A stretch of DNA of 15,788 nucleotides from Tolypothrix carrinoi HA7290-LM1 (GCA_019358935.1 JAHHIK010000152.1:1-15788); one strand, 5' to 3'; positions 1 to 8,879 are shown, counted from the first letter of the stretch. Program-made: numbers and translations. The notes: a model not told the origin generated them from the letters alone.

Positions 1-123
1 AGCGGATAGGCGGGACTTTGGATAAGTTTACAAAAATGCATTCACAGGACGGATACAGTTATGGATTCTGATTTATATCGAAATATTCCGATTTATCCCA
101 CTACTTTAGGACTTAGTTAAATG

Positions 124-148
124 GCGGTGCCTTTGCTGTAGGCATCGC
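124..148 (-). repeat. HIP1 site split by a 17-nt insert (SDR5-like); also folds as a hairpin
   Basis: Minus strand reads GCGAT-GCCTACAGCAAAGGCAC-CGC. Removing 127-143 restores GCGATCGC. The insert start resembles the hisB insert (GCCTCCGGCAAGG). Could instead be only a terminator hairpin (GGCGGTGCCT/AGGCATCGCC). Confidence 0.45.
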
Positions 149-230
149 CGTCAACATTTTTGAGAACTAGCTGAATAAGCCGAACGAGTGAATTCGCGGC
201 ATTGGGCGTACAAAACCAGGCGATCGCAGG

Positions 231-425
231 CTAAATGGAATCAGATAATTTCCCAATCCAAAATAAGGGATTTTTGGTGATGGTGGGTAGCGGGAATTGC
301 GGATGTAATCGGCTACTTGATCGATAAGTTAATGACTGAGTGTAAAGGTTAAGCTCGTAGTGGGCACGAAGAGTGCCCAAAATTAGCGCTCTTCTCGCTT
401 CTTTGGTTCGCAATCCAACCAACAA
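231..425 (-). CDS. Small hypothetical protein (63-64 aa)
   Basis: TTG TTG start preceded by GAGGA (AGTGAGGATTT-TTG), divergent from the 519 gene, non-repetitive basic sequence, no overlap with other genes. No recognisable domain. Confidence 0.55.
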   Translation of the reverse strand: MLVGLRTKEARRALILGTLRAHYELNLYTQSLTYRSSSRLHPQFPLPTITKNPLFWIGKLSDSI

Positions 426-518
426 AAATCCTCACTATGTCAGTTTGTGGATCTAAGCTATGTATGGTAGAAGTAGCCTACATGGTCAACCTTTATCTCA
501 AACTTGACATAAAGCATA

Positions 519-782
519 GTGAGTACTAAACGTCTGCCAGAAAGCATTGCCCATGTCAGGGTTACTCGCCAATCCTGGCAACACGGCTTCCTAGAAGGGG
601 AAGTCAGCGCGGGTGACTTTGAGTGGCAGTTTCAATGGCATTTTCGCCGGGGTGAACTGTCTGTTAAGCCTTCTCAAGGTCGTGCCTTAATTAAAGAACC
701 CCTAGGTCGCTTTTTGGAGCAACGAGACTACGAGCTAGAGCCTGGAGGAGATTATGCTTTTACTATTCGGGCTGAGTTATAA
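519..782 (+). CDS. DUF3146-family cyanobacterial protein
   Basis: GTG start, 87 aa. Motifs FQWHFRRGELSVKPSQGRALIKEPLGRFLE and YELEPGGDY are typical of this family, usually found next to the yqgF-like gene. Confidence 0.85.
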   Translation: MSTKRLPESIAHVRVTRQSWQHGFLEGEVSAGDFEWQFQWHFRRGELSVKPSQGRALIKEPLGRFLEQRDYELEPGGDYAFTIRAEL

Positions 783-789
783 GGCTTTA

Positions 790-821
790 GGGAATAGGTA
801 ATGGGTAATGGGTAATGGGGA
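790..821 (+). repeat. Heptamer tandem repeat (GGTAATG)n, STRR type
   Basis: GGGAATAGGTAATGGGTAATGGGTAATGGGGA directly after the 782 stop codon. Confidence 0.85.
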
Positions 822-874
822 ACGTGAAAATATGAGCTAGCCGACGCTTTGGGATTAGCAAGCTGGCAATTAAT

Positions 875-1318
875 TTATACCGCTGATTCGGTTAAGCGAT
901 TTAAGTATCTTTCGATTAAGAGGATGGCAACAATGTCATCTATAGGTCTTGGTGGTTGTCGCATACCTTGTGGCAATAGTTTCGAGAGTCCTTTGGGTGG
1001 GTACATTTGCCAATAGCGATCGCGTGCTTCTAAGCTAGTGTAACGCTCATCCACTAAAATGATATTCAACGGCTCTTTAACTTGTTCAGTTATTTGCTGT
1101 TTCCAGCGTTTTGCCGTAGTTTGGTCGCCCATCACCATCAAGGAAATCGGGTAATTTTGGCGCAGTTTGTCAATTCTTGCGATCGCCTCACTTGACAAGA
1201 CAACTTGATGATAATGTAGTTGCCGATCTAGCCCCATCACTGCTAAACCACACTTATCTTTACCCGGATCAAAGCCCAAAATCACTGGTTGCGTCGGCGA
1301 AAATTCACGAAGAGTCAT
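875..1318 (-). CDS. YqgF/RuvX-family RNase H-fold protein (pre-16S rRNA nuclease/resolvase-like)
   Basis: ILGFDPGKDKCGLAV, VDERYTS and DDIVAILL motifs match the YqgF fold; 147 aa. Confidence 0.85.
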   Translation of the reverse strand: MTLREFSPTQPVILGFDPGKDKCGLAVMGLDRQLHYHQVVLSSEAIARIDKLRQNYPISLMVMGDQTTAKRWKQQITEQVKEPLNIILVDERYTSLEARDRYWQMYPPKGLSKLLPQGMRQPPRPIDDIVAILLIERYLNRLTESAV

Positions 1319-1417
1319 ATTAAATACGTTAATAGTTAATAGTTAATACTTAAGTAAGTACGCAGAAATAAAAACACCTGTTTCCACAAATTTAATTCAT
1401 CTTCTTTTCTGACAACG

Positions 1418-1471
1418 CCCATTACCATTACCAATTACCCATTACCCATTACCCATTCCCCATTCCCCATT
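1418..1471 (+). repeat. Heptamer tandem repeat (CCCATTA/CCCATTC)n, STRR type
   Basis: About 7 imperfect units immediately downstream of the stop of the minus-strand 1478-2971 gene; G-rich on that gene's sense strand. Confidence 0.85.
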
Positions 1472-1477
1472 CATTTT

Positions 1478-2971
1478 TTATGTGCTAAAAATAATTTGTC
1501 CGTTTTGTATAACAAGTAATCTCACTTTCAGTGGTCCGACTGTATAAATATCTTCTGCTGCAACAGCTTTAATATCCACAGGTTGATCGTACTGCTTTAG
1601 TTGAGCAATAAACCGAAGCACCGGACCCTCTACTTGAATATCTTCGACAATTCCGGCATTACGGGCGCGAAATTGAGAAGCAGAAATCAGCAGTTGTAAC
1701 CGCTGCTGCAACTGATAAGATGTCATGGTTTGCGGATCGGCAGTAGTTGTAGCCACGACTTCCCCCCCGGTAAAGACAACTTGATTTCGCGCTGCATCGG
1801 CAAAAAATTCTATCTGCTTTTCACCCCTGACGTAATTACCAGCAGAGAAAATTCGCACCGCGTATTCTCGACCATCACTAATCTGCTTGCTGAGTTGCTC
1901 AACCCTCTCTTGGGTAACACGTAATATTTGCACATTATTGACAGGATTTGTATTTGGTTCAGCTAATTCTATGTTGGCATTACGGTTAGCTTCTTGTAAA
2001 AGTTGAATCACAGCTTGACGGGCAATGGCAGGTTCAGGAGCGCGAATTACGCCAGCAGCAATAACTTGACCCCGAACCAAGGCAACTTTACCCAAACGCA
2101 AGTAGCGAAAAGACTGGTAATATTTTTCTAGCCTTGCGACTTCCTCTTCTAGATAGTCTTGTTGTGTTTCTAGTTCTTTGAGGCGAGATTCTCTTTGGGT
2201 AATTACTTGCTCTCGCGAGGCAATTGCTGAATTGCGCTCTCTAATGAGTCGATCTAGTTGAGAAATTTTTTGATCGCGCTGTTCGATAGTTTCTTGGCGA
2301 TTAGCAAGTTCGCGATCGCGTTTTTTAATTGCTGCTTGAGCTGAGGCGATCGCTTTTTTGGCTTCATCAAATAATCGTTGGCGTTCTCCCCTCAAGCGTT
2401 GAATTCCTGCCACTAGTTCTTTCTGTTGCTGGGAAACGCTTTCGAGTTGATTTATAGCTTGTTTATACCGACTAACAACTTGATCTAGCTGATTTTGAGT
2501 GCGTTGCAGGTTCGCTTGAGTTTGAGCCTGTTGAGCAATAGTACGGTTTAATTGAGCTTGTGTAATTTGTTGTTTAGCATTTGCCTCTTTCAACGATTGA
2601 TTAGTCTGCTGCAATTGTTGTTGAGCTTGGGTTTGTTCTTTTTTTGCCTTATCTAGTTCAACTTCTACTTGACTTTTTTGCGCTTCTGCGGTTTTTAGCT
2701 GGTCGCGCTTGTGCCTTAAGTCTCTTTGAATATCTTCTAGCTCAAAGACTCCTTTACGCAATCCTTCATCAGCGGCGAATAAAATGCCTAAAGTTGACGC
2801 AGAAATTAAACCGCCTGTGAAAATAGTTACCAGTACTGCGGTCTTTTTGGGACGCAGCTTGAATAGAGAGAGGCGTGCCTTGCCAACCCGTGTGCCAATG
2901 CGATCGCCCACGGTGGCTATCACGCCCCCTAGAATTAAAATTGCCGCTATGAGGATGTACCCGGTGGTCAT
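1478..2971 (-). CDS. DUF3084-family membrane-anchored coiled-coil protein
   Basis: N-terminal hydrophobic helices around GDRIGTRVGKARLSLFKLRPKKTA, a long Q/E/K-rich heptad region and a globular C-terminus; usual neighbour of ntcA. Confidence 0.85.
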   Translation of the reverse strand: MTTGYILIAAILILGGVIATVGDRIGTRVGKARLSLFKLRPKKTAVLVTIFTGGLISASTLGILFAADEGLRKGVFELEDIQRDLRHKRDQLKTAEAQKSQVEVELDKAKKEQTQAQQQLQQTNQSLKEANAKQQITQAQLNRTIAQQAQTQANLQRTQNQLDQVVSRYKQAINQLESVSQQQKELVAGIQRLRGERQRLFDEAKKAIASAQAAIKKRDRELANRQETIEQRDQKISQLDRLIRERNSAIASREQVITQRESRLKELETQQDYLEEEVARLEKYYQSFRYLRLGKVALVRGQVIAAGVIRAPEPAIARQAVIQLLQEANRNANIELAEPNTNPVNNVQILRVTQERVEQLSKQISDGREYAVRIFSAGNYVRGEKQIEFFADAARNQVVFTGGEVVATTTADPQTMTSYQLQQRLQLLISASQFRARNAGIVEDIQVEGPVLRFIAQLKQYDQPVDIKAVAAEDIYTVGPLKVRLLVIQNGQIIFST

Positions 2972-3140
2972 CTTCAGCTACCGAATCCTTCCAGATACAG
3001 CCTACTACTTTCAGTCATTCTCTGCGGTTTATTTGAGGTTGGCAATAGCAAAACAATTCCCTTTTTAGATTTACCTTCACATAATGGTGTTATTTCTCAA
3101 AAAAATGAAACAGCGCTATTGCCTTAGCCTCAATTGTATG

Positions 3141-3812
3141 CTAAGTAAATTGCCTACTTAAAGTAACAGGTTTGTGAACAGTAATCTTTTTTTTGTGAAT
3201 GGAAATCATCTTCTTTTCGCGCAAATCGCCCAGTAAGCGGGTGACGGTGACGCGAGTCGAACCAATTGCCTCAGCGATCGCCTGATGAGATAGCTTCAGA
3301 TCAATTGTAATTCCATCCGCACAAGGAATGCCAAAATCCCGACACAGAATCAACAGAAAACTCACCAACCTCGAACCCATATCTCGGTGAGCGAGAGTTT
3401 CAATCATCATCTCTGTCTGTAAAATGCGCGAAGATAGACCCCGCAACATTAACATTGACAATTCCGGATTTTCCTTCAGTGCTTGCTCAACCTGTTCAAT
3501 TGGTGCTGAAAGCAAGTCCACGGGTGTAAAAGCAACGGCATGGTAAAACCGATCTGACTTATTTCCCGTTAGTAATGACAATACACCAAAAACGCTATTT
3601 TCCCTTAGCAGTGCTACAGTTATTTCTTCTCCTGCCTCATAAACCCTGGAAAGTTTTACAGCACCTTTCAAAAGAAAATAAACTCTTTCGGCAGGATCGC
3701 CAGGAAAAAAGATCGTTTTATTGCGTTCAAACGTTTCCACAACCGGTGGAAACGCTCCGGTTGCCATTTGACGAAAAACATTTGCTAGGGCTTTATCTTG
3801 TGCCACGATCAT
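3141..3812 (-). CDS. ntcA: Global nitrogen regulator NtcA (CRP/FNR family)
   Basis: 223 aa: [15 protein letters not shown] start, [48 protein letters not shown], and [27 protein letters not shown]. Confidence 0.99.
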   Translation of the reverse strand: MIVAQDKALANVFRQMATGAFPPVVETFERNKTIFFPGDPAERVYFLLKGAVKLSRVYEAGEEITVALLRENSVFGVLSLLTGNKSDRFYHAVAFTPVDLLSAPIEQVEQALKENPELSMLMLRGLSSRILQTEMMIETLAHRDMGSRLVSFLLILCRDFGIPCADGITIDLKLSHQAIAEAIGSTRVTVTRLLGDLREKKMISIHKKKITVHKPVTLSRQFT

Positions 3813-3900
3813 CTACCTTCCCCTACCCAATGCCGGAAAAATTAAAACTGATTTCCTAAGAATACACCCGAAAAATCAATAACACACCGTCAACCTTTTT

Positions 3901-3914
3901 GTACTTTACTATAC
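3901..3914 (-). promoter_or_regulatory. NtcA box GTA-N8-TAC (proximal, autoregulation of ntcA)
   Basis: Minus strand GTATAGTAAAGTAC is a perfect consensus centred about 95 nt upstream of the ntcA ATG. Confidence 0.85.
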
Positions 3915-3940
3915 TTATGGTCATATATTCATAGCTATTT

Positions 3941-3954
3941 GTTTATAATGATAC
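3941..3954 (-). promoter_or_regulatory. NtcA box variant GTA-N8-AAC (distal)
   Basis: Minus strand GTATCATTATAAAC, exactly 40 nt from the proximal box; same two-site layout as the Anabaena ntcA promoter as I recall it. Confidence 0.75.
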
Positions 3955-4197
3955 ATAATTTTTGATAGTTCCAGCTACTAGTCCTTAATAGCTACGATCC
4001 AAAGTTGTACTCAACAGGTTTTTTCTCAAAAAATTCACGCTTTCTTGAGAATATCTTAAGGAAGAAGCAAGAATCTATTCATTCCCCAAGGAACCGACGA
4101 CAAAATACAAAAATAGCAAATACTGCTAAAAACTCTCGTCAAACCAGGCTCAGATTCTAGTATGCTCAATCTGTGATCGTGTACGTTAAAAATTTTT

Positions 4198-4974
4198 ATG
4201 TTAAATCTCGCCGGGAAAAACGCTCTAGTCACAGGCATTGCCAACAACCGCTCGATCGCTTGGGGAATAGCCCAACAACTGCACTCAAGCGGCGCCAACA
4301 TCGGTATTACTTACCTTCCAGATGACCGAGGTAAAATGGAAAAAAAAGTCGCGGAATTGGTCGAACCCCTCAGTCCTAGTTTGTTTCTTCCGTGTAATGT
4401 AGAAAATGATGAGCAAATTCAATCTACTTTTAATACAATCGCCGAAAAGTGGGGCAAATTAGATATTTTGATCCACTGTCTTGCTTTCGCGAACAAAGAA
4501 GATTTGACTGGAAATTTTAGTCAAACCTCTCGTCCAGGTTTCAAGAAAGCTTTAGAAGTTAGCACCTACTCATTAATACAGCTAGCAGGTGCAGCCAAAC
4601 CTTTAATGACAGAAGGTGGTAGCATTGTTACGCTCACATATTTAGGTGGCGTTAAGGTGGTTCCTAACTACAACGTTATGGGAATCGCCAAAGCCGGATT
4701 AGAAATGAGCGTGCGTTACCTCGCATCTGAATTAGGTCCGCAAAATATTCGCGTAAATGCCATTTCCGCAGGTCCGATTCGCACTTTGGCATCTAGTGCG
4801 GTGGGCGGCATTTTGGATATGATTCATCATGTAGAGCAAGTTGCACCTTTACGACGCACCGTCACTCAACTAGAAGTAGGCAATGCGGCAGCTTTTTTAT
4901 CTAGCGATTTAGCCAGCGGAATTACTGGACAAGTCCTGTATGTAGATGCAGGATATGAAATCATGGGAATGTAA
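4198..4974 (+). CDS. fabI: Enoyl-ACP reductase (NADH)
   Basis: [29 protein letters not shown] (YxxxxxxK), [26 protein letters not shown]. Confidence 0.98.
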   Translation: MLNLAGKNALVTGIANNRSIAWGIAQQLHSSGANIGITYLPDDRGKMEKKVAELVEPLSPSLFLPCNVENDEQIQSTFNTIAEKWGKLDILIHCLAFANKEDLTGNFSQTSRPGFKKALEVSTYSLIQLAGAAKPLMTEGGSIVTLTYLGGVKVVPNYNVMGIAKAGLEMSVRYLASELGPQNIRVNAISAGPIRTLASSAVGGILDMIHHVEQVAPLRRTVTQLEVGNAAAFLSSDLASGITGQVLYVDAGYEIMGM

Positions 4975-4976
4975 AA

Positions 4977-5075
4977 TTGGGCAAAGGGCATTGGGCATTG
5001 GGCATTGATAATTATTCCCATATTCCATGCCCCATGCCCCATGCCCCATGCCCCATGCCCCATTACCTATTACCT
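4977..5075. repeat. Inverted heptamer arrays (TTGGGCA)n ... (CCCCATG)n in the fabI-hisB spacer
   Basis: G-rich arm about 4977-5007 and C-rich arm about 5016-5075; units complementary with about one mismatch each. Confidence 0.9.
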
Positions 5076-5744
5076 ATGCAAATAAGCGATGCCTCCGGCA
5101 AGGACTCCGTCCTACGCCAACTTCTTTCCTCACACCACGACCAGCCAAATAAAACTTCTCGAATTGCCTCGGTTAGCCGCACTACGGGTGAAACTGATGT
5201 GCAAGTCACCATCAACCTAGATGGTACAGGTATTTGTAATGCCGCAACGGGAATTCCCTTTTTGGATCACATGCTGCATCAAATAGCTTCCCACGGACTG
5301 ATTGACTTGGATGTGCAAGCTAAGGGAGACTTAGAAATTGATGACCACCACACCAACGAAGATGTCGGTATTACTTTAGGGCAAGCATTCAGCCAAGCAT
5401 TAGGCGATCGCAAAGGCATTGTCCGCTTTGGTAATTTCCTCGCACCTTTAGATGAAGCTTTAATTCAAGTGGCGCTGGATTTTTCCGGGCGTCCCCATAT
5501 AAGCTATGGTTTAGAAATTCCTACGACTCGCGTGGGAACTTACGACACCCAACTAGTACGAGAATTTTTTGTAGCGGTGGTAAATCATAGCCAAATGACG
5601 CTACACATCCGTCAACTTGATGGCATTAATTCCCATCACATTATTGAAGCGACATTTAAGGCGTTTGCGAGGGCAATGCGGATGGCGGTAGAAATCGATA
5701 CCCGTCGTGCTGGTATGATTCCCAGTTCTAAAGGCGTTTTGTGA
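5076..5744 (+). CDS. hisB: Imidazoleglycerol-phosphate dehydratase
   Basis: [36 protein letters not shown] and [12 protein letters not shown] motifs. Start moved from 4977 to ATG 5076 (MQISD) because the upstream part only translates heptamer repeats. Confidence 0.96.
   Translation: MQISDASGKDSVLRQLLSSHHDQPNKTSRIASVSRTTGETDVQVTINLDGTGICNAATGIPFLDHMLHQIASHGLIDLDVQAKGDLEIDDHHTNEDVGITLGQAFSQALGDRKGIVRFGNFLAPLDEALIQVALDFSGRPHISYGLEIPTTRVGTYDTQLVREFFVAVVNHSQMTLHIRQLDGINSHHIIEATFKAFARAMRMAVEIDTRRAGMIPSSKGVL
5086..5117 (+). mobile_element. 24-nt SDR5-like insertion (5091-5114) inside a HIP1 site, in frame in hisB
   Basis: GCGAT-[GCCTCCGGCAAGGACTCCGTCCTA]-CGC. Removal restores GCGATCGC and the reading MQISDRQ. 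The insert is two mini-hairpins, GCC-TCC-GGC and AGGAC-TCC-GTCCT. Confidence 0.8.
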
Positions 5745-5749
5745 AGAAG

Positions 5750-5868
5750 AGGGGGAAAGGTTAAAGGGTAAAGGGAAAAGGAAGAAGTAGTTTTAAACAT
5801 TCGTACTAATTTTAAATCAAGGATGCCCCTTTGCCCTTTGCCCTTTGCCCTTTGCCCTTTTCCCTTTT
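5750..5868. repeat. Inverted heptamer arrays (AAAGGGN)n ... (CCCTTTG)n around an AT-rich core
   Basis: Purine arm 5750-5781, core with TTTTAAA at 5791 and 5810, pyrimidine arm 5826-5868. Confidence 0.85.
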
Positions 5869-5915
5869 ATAAATATAATATCTTTGCTGTTGCCACGAGC
5901 ATAATTTAAAGAGAA

Positions 5916-6881
5916 ATGAAGTCTGTTGCTTCTTCCCCTGATTCTCAACTAAATACTACAGACCATCCACCAGTAGTGTTAACTTCCGAGTTAAGAAAAG
6001 TCTATCGTACCGGCTTTTGGATGAATCAAAAAGTCGTATCCCTCAAAAGCTGTTCTTTAAAAGTTTACAAGGGAGAAACCTTTGGTTTGTTAGGACCAAA
6101 TGGTGCGGGGAAAACTACGCTTTTAAAGTTGTTGCTGGGAGTTATCCGTCCCACGGCTGGGCGAGGATTATTATTGGGTAGACCGCTAGGCGATCGCACT
6201 GTTAAAGAACGTATCGGCTATTTACCTGAAAATGCCTATTTGTATGATTATCTCACTGGCTGGGAATTTTTGCAGCTAGCAGCCGGACTATTCCAAATTC
6301 CCAAAAGCGTGCAACGCCAACGCATCCCGGAACTGGTAGAATTAGTGGGCTTATCTCCAACGGATGCTCGCAAAAAACCTCTTCGCCGCTACTCCAAAGG
6401 AATGCTACAGCGTGTGGGTATGGCACAGGCATTAATTAACGATCCAGAATTGGTGTTTTTAGATGAACCAATGTCTGGACTCGATCCGGTGGGACGCTAT
6501 CAAATGCGAGAAATTATCCTGTCGTTAAAAGCTGCTGGCAAGACAATTTTTTTCAACAGCCATATTCTCAGTGAAGTAGAGAAAATATGCGATCGCGTTG
6601 CTATTCTCTCTCAAGGTCAATTAATTTGTTCTGGTTCCCTCAATCAACTTTTAGGAACTAAAAGCACATATCGTGTAAAAGGTCAAGGTGGTGACTCGGA
6701 AGTTCTCAAAAAATGGATACCTAGTCTAGAATTTGAACCTGATGGTTCTTGGCAAGGTGAACTACAAGAAGATTACTATGATTTTCTTGCCAGTCTCCGC
6801 TTGATGAATGGGCAGATTATTGCTATGAACTTGTCTGGTCCCTCCTTAGAAGAGTTTTTTATGCAACAAGTTAAAAAATAA
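5916..6881 (+). CDS. ABC transporter ATP-binding protein (ABC-2/CcmA-like)
   Basis: Walker A GPNGAGKT, signature YSKGM, Walker B LVFLDEP, H-loop NSH. No permease gene in the window. Confidence 0.95.
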   Translation: MKSVASSPDSQLNTTDHPPVVLTSELRKVYRTGFWMNQKVVSLKSCSLKVYKGETFGLLGPNGAGKTTLLKLLLGVIRPTAGRGLLLGRPLGDRTVKERIGYLPENAYLYDYLTGWEFLQLAAGLFQIPKSVQRQRIPELVELVGLSPTDARKKPLRRYSKGMLQRVGMAQALINDPELVFLDEPMSGLDPVGRYQMREIILSLKAAGKTIFFNSHILSEVEKICDRVAILSQGQLICSGSLNQLLGTKSTYRVKGQGGDSEVLKKWIPSLEFEPDGSWQGELQEDYYDFLASLRLMNGQIIAMNLSGPSLEEFFMQQVKK

Positions 6882-7012
6882 AATCATTCTGTTAAGTAAT
6901 ATAACAAAGCAACTATGCTAAAAGCTGTAATGCTGAGAAAATCTAATATGAGTTTATTTATAATCAAGTTATTTGGAAAATATACCAGTCTTAAATAGAA
7001 GCCTGAAAAATA

Positions 7013-7045
7013 AGATTCCCGACTTCTTCAAGAAGTCGGGAATCT
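7013..7045. repeat. Perfect 15-bp inverted repeat (dispersed palindromic repeat, possible terminator)
   Basis: AGATTCCCGACTTCT-TCA-AGAAGTCGGGAATCT; resembles a palindrome family common in Nostocales intergenic DNA. Confidence 0.8.
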
Positions 7046-7318
7046 GAAGGAATCAGTTCAGCTCGATTTTTTCATAAATTAGCTAGTCTTTTTATACCTA
7101 ATTGATTATTTTTCTCAAAAATCTAAATTTTTTACTCTCTTTTAGAAAGCAAGCATTAAACTTTAAAATATCGTTCTTTGCGCTACGTCACCTTAGTATA
7201 TAATCAATAAAATAAAATTTGATGCCTGCCTAAATTGGATTTATTCCTTCTCGAAAATTTGCCTAATAAAACTTTAAGTTAACTTTACCAAAAATTCAAA
7301 TCAAATCAACAATTTGCC

Positions 7319-7346
7319 TCCGGAAAATGAAGCTTTTTTATGAAAA
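7319..7346 (+). promoter_or_regulatory. Putative DIF1-type heterocyst-differentiation promoter (TCCGGA at -35)
   Basis: TCCGGA at 7319-7324 in a very AT-rich spacer, followed 17 nt later by GAAAA, about 110 nt upstream of the exporter ATG. Confidence 0.5.
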
Positions 7347-7433
7347 TAAGAATGTTGGGGAACTTGAATACTTACGTATAGTCAAGATAAAAATGTTAAG
7401 ACAGCACTTTATTCATGGTGGTATCAGCTAAGT

Positions 7434-8879
7434 ATGCTTAATACAGGTATGTTGAAATTCCTCACCCAGTCAGTTGCAGGTGTGGCGTTGTTAATGGCTC
7501 TTAGTGTCGCTTTGCCGGATGTTAGCCAAGCTCAGAGACAACCCAGAGCAGCTACCACACAACTCGATGCAAATTACACCTTAGGAGGAGGCGATCGCAT
7601 CCGGGTTAACGTGTTTGAAGTGCCAGAATATACGGGCGAGTACCAGATACCTCCTGGTGGCGCGATCAACCTACCTTTGATTGGCAGCGTCGCCGTTCAA
7701 GGGCTAACAACCGAACAAGCATCTGACGAAATTGCCAGAAGATATGCTCGCTTTCTCAAACGTCCCCTAATCTCAGTCAATCTTTTATCACCTCGTCCGA
7801 TTAACGTTGTAGTTGCGGGAGAAGTGTCACGTCCTGGCGCTTACTCTCTCAGCTTGCAAGGAGGCGCAGGTAACGATCCTGGCGTGCAATACCCAACCGT
7901 ATTAGCCGCAATTACAACGGCTCAGGGGGTACTCAGTAATGCGGATATAACTCAAGTACAATTACGGCGCAAGCTAGGACGCACTGGTCGAGAGCAAGTA
8001 GTCACAATCAATTTGAAAGAACTCATCCGAACAGGCAGGTTATCACAAGATATTACCTTGCGGGATGGAGATACCATTGTTGTGCCAACAGCAGCCAGAC
8101 TCGACTTGGCAGAAGCACGCAATTTATCTGCCGCTAACTTTGCCGCTGACCCCACCAGACCGCGCACGGTAGCAGTAGTTGGTGAAGTAAATCGTCCGGG
8201 ATCGTATCTTGTTACCCAAGGTGCAACAGAAGGAGGAAACGCAGGTGGTGGTGTAAGTATCACCGGTCAGCCAACTGTAACGCGAGCGCTTCAGTTAGCT
8301 GGGGGAATTACACCACAAGCTGACATTCGCAACGTCAAAATCCGCCGACAGACAAGAGCAGGTGGGGAACAAATTATAGATATCAATCTTTGGCAACTAT
8401 TGCAAAGTGGTGATGTCAATCAAGACACAATTTTGCAAGATGGAGATACGATTTTCTTCCCAACTGCAACAGAGATTAACGCAGCAGATGCTACTGTGTT
8501 AGCTAATACTACTTTGTCTCCGGCTACTATTCAAGTTGGGGTAGTAGGCGAAGTTAAAAGACCCGGAACTGTAGAAATTAAGCCTAATAGCTCCTTAAAT
8601 CAAGCGCTACTTGCTGCGGGGGGATTCGATGGTGCTAATGCTAGCAGTTCTGCTGTCGATTTGGTTCGCCTCAATCCTGATGGTTCTGTGACCAAACGTA
8701 AAGTAAAAGTAAATTTTGGCGCTGATATTAATTCGCAAACTAATCCGATACTCCGCAATAATGATGTTGTCGTAGTTTACCGCTCTGGTACAGCCAAGGT
8801 TGGTCAAACCGTAGGCAGTGTTATCAATCCTGTAGCTGGTGTGTTAGGTATTCTCCGATCTTTATTTCTTGGTTTCTAA
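7434..8879 (+). CDS. Polysaccharide biosynthesis/export protein (Wza/OPX-like, SLBB repeats)
   Basis: Signal peptide ending SQA-Q, export motif YTLGGGDRIRVNVF...GAINLPLIGSV, three SLBB-like units (VAGEVSRPG, VVGEVNRPG, VVGEVKRPG) and an amphipathic C-terminal helix. Confidence 0.92.
   Translation: MLNTGMLKFLTQSVAGVALLMALSVALPDVSQAQRQPRAATTQLDANYTLGGGDRIRVNVFEVPEYTGEYQIPPGGAINLPLIGSVAVQGLTTEQASDEIARRYARFLKRPLISVNLLSPRPINVVVAGEVSRPGAYSLSLQGGAGNDPGVQYPTVLAAITTAQGVLSNADITQVQLRRKLGRTGREQVVTINLKELIRTGRLSQDITLRDGDTIVVPTAARLDLAEARNLSAANFAADPTRPRTVAVVGEVNRPGSYLVTQGATEGGNAGGGVSITGQPTVTRALQLAGGITPQADIRNVKIRRQTRAGGEQIIDINLWQLLQSGDVNQDTILQDGDTIFFPTATEINAADATVLANTTLSPATIQVGVVGEVKRPGTVEIKPNSSLNQALLAAGGFDGANASSSAVDLVRLNPDGSVTKRKVKVNFGADINSQTNPILRNNDVVVVYRSGTAKVGQTVGSVINPVAGVLGILRSLFLGF

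Noticed and set aside
1..120. Possible gene end at the window start
   Set aside because: Only short open frames with no recognisable motif; cannot be assigned without upstream sequence.
467..481. NtcA-like GTA...TAC between the small ORF and DUF3146
   Set aside because: Spacing is N9, not N8; a similar site at 7432 is N7.
3908..3914. Match of the first 7 nt of the predicted TnpB guide (ACTATAC) to the ntcA promoter box
   Set aside because: Seven nucleotides is expected by chance in a window this size, pairing stops afterwards, and the TAM is unknown.
4866..5075. ORF 4866-5063(-) and the N-terminal extension of hisB from 4977
   Set aside because: Both are heptamer-repeat translations (GHGAWGM, CPMPHAP).
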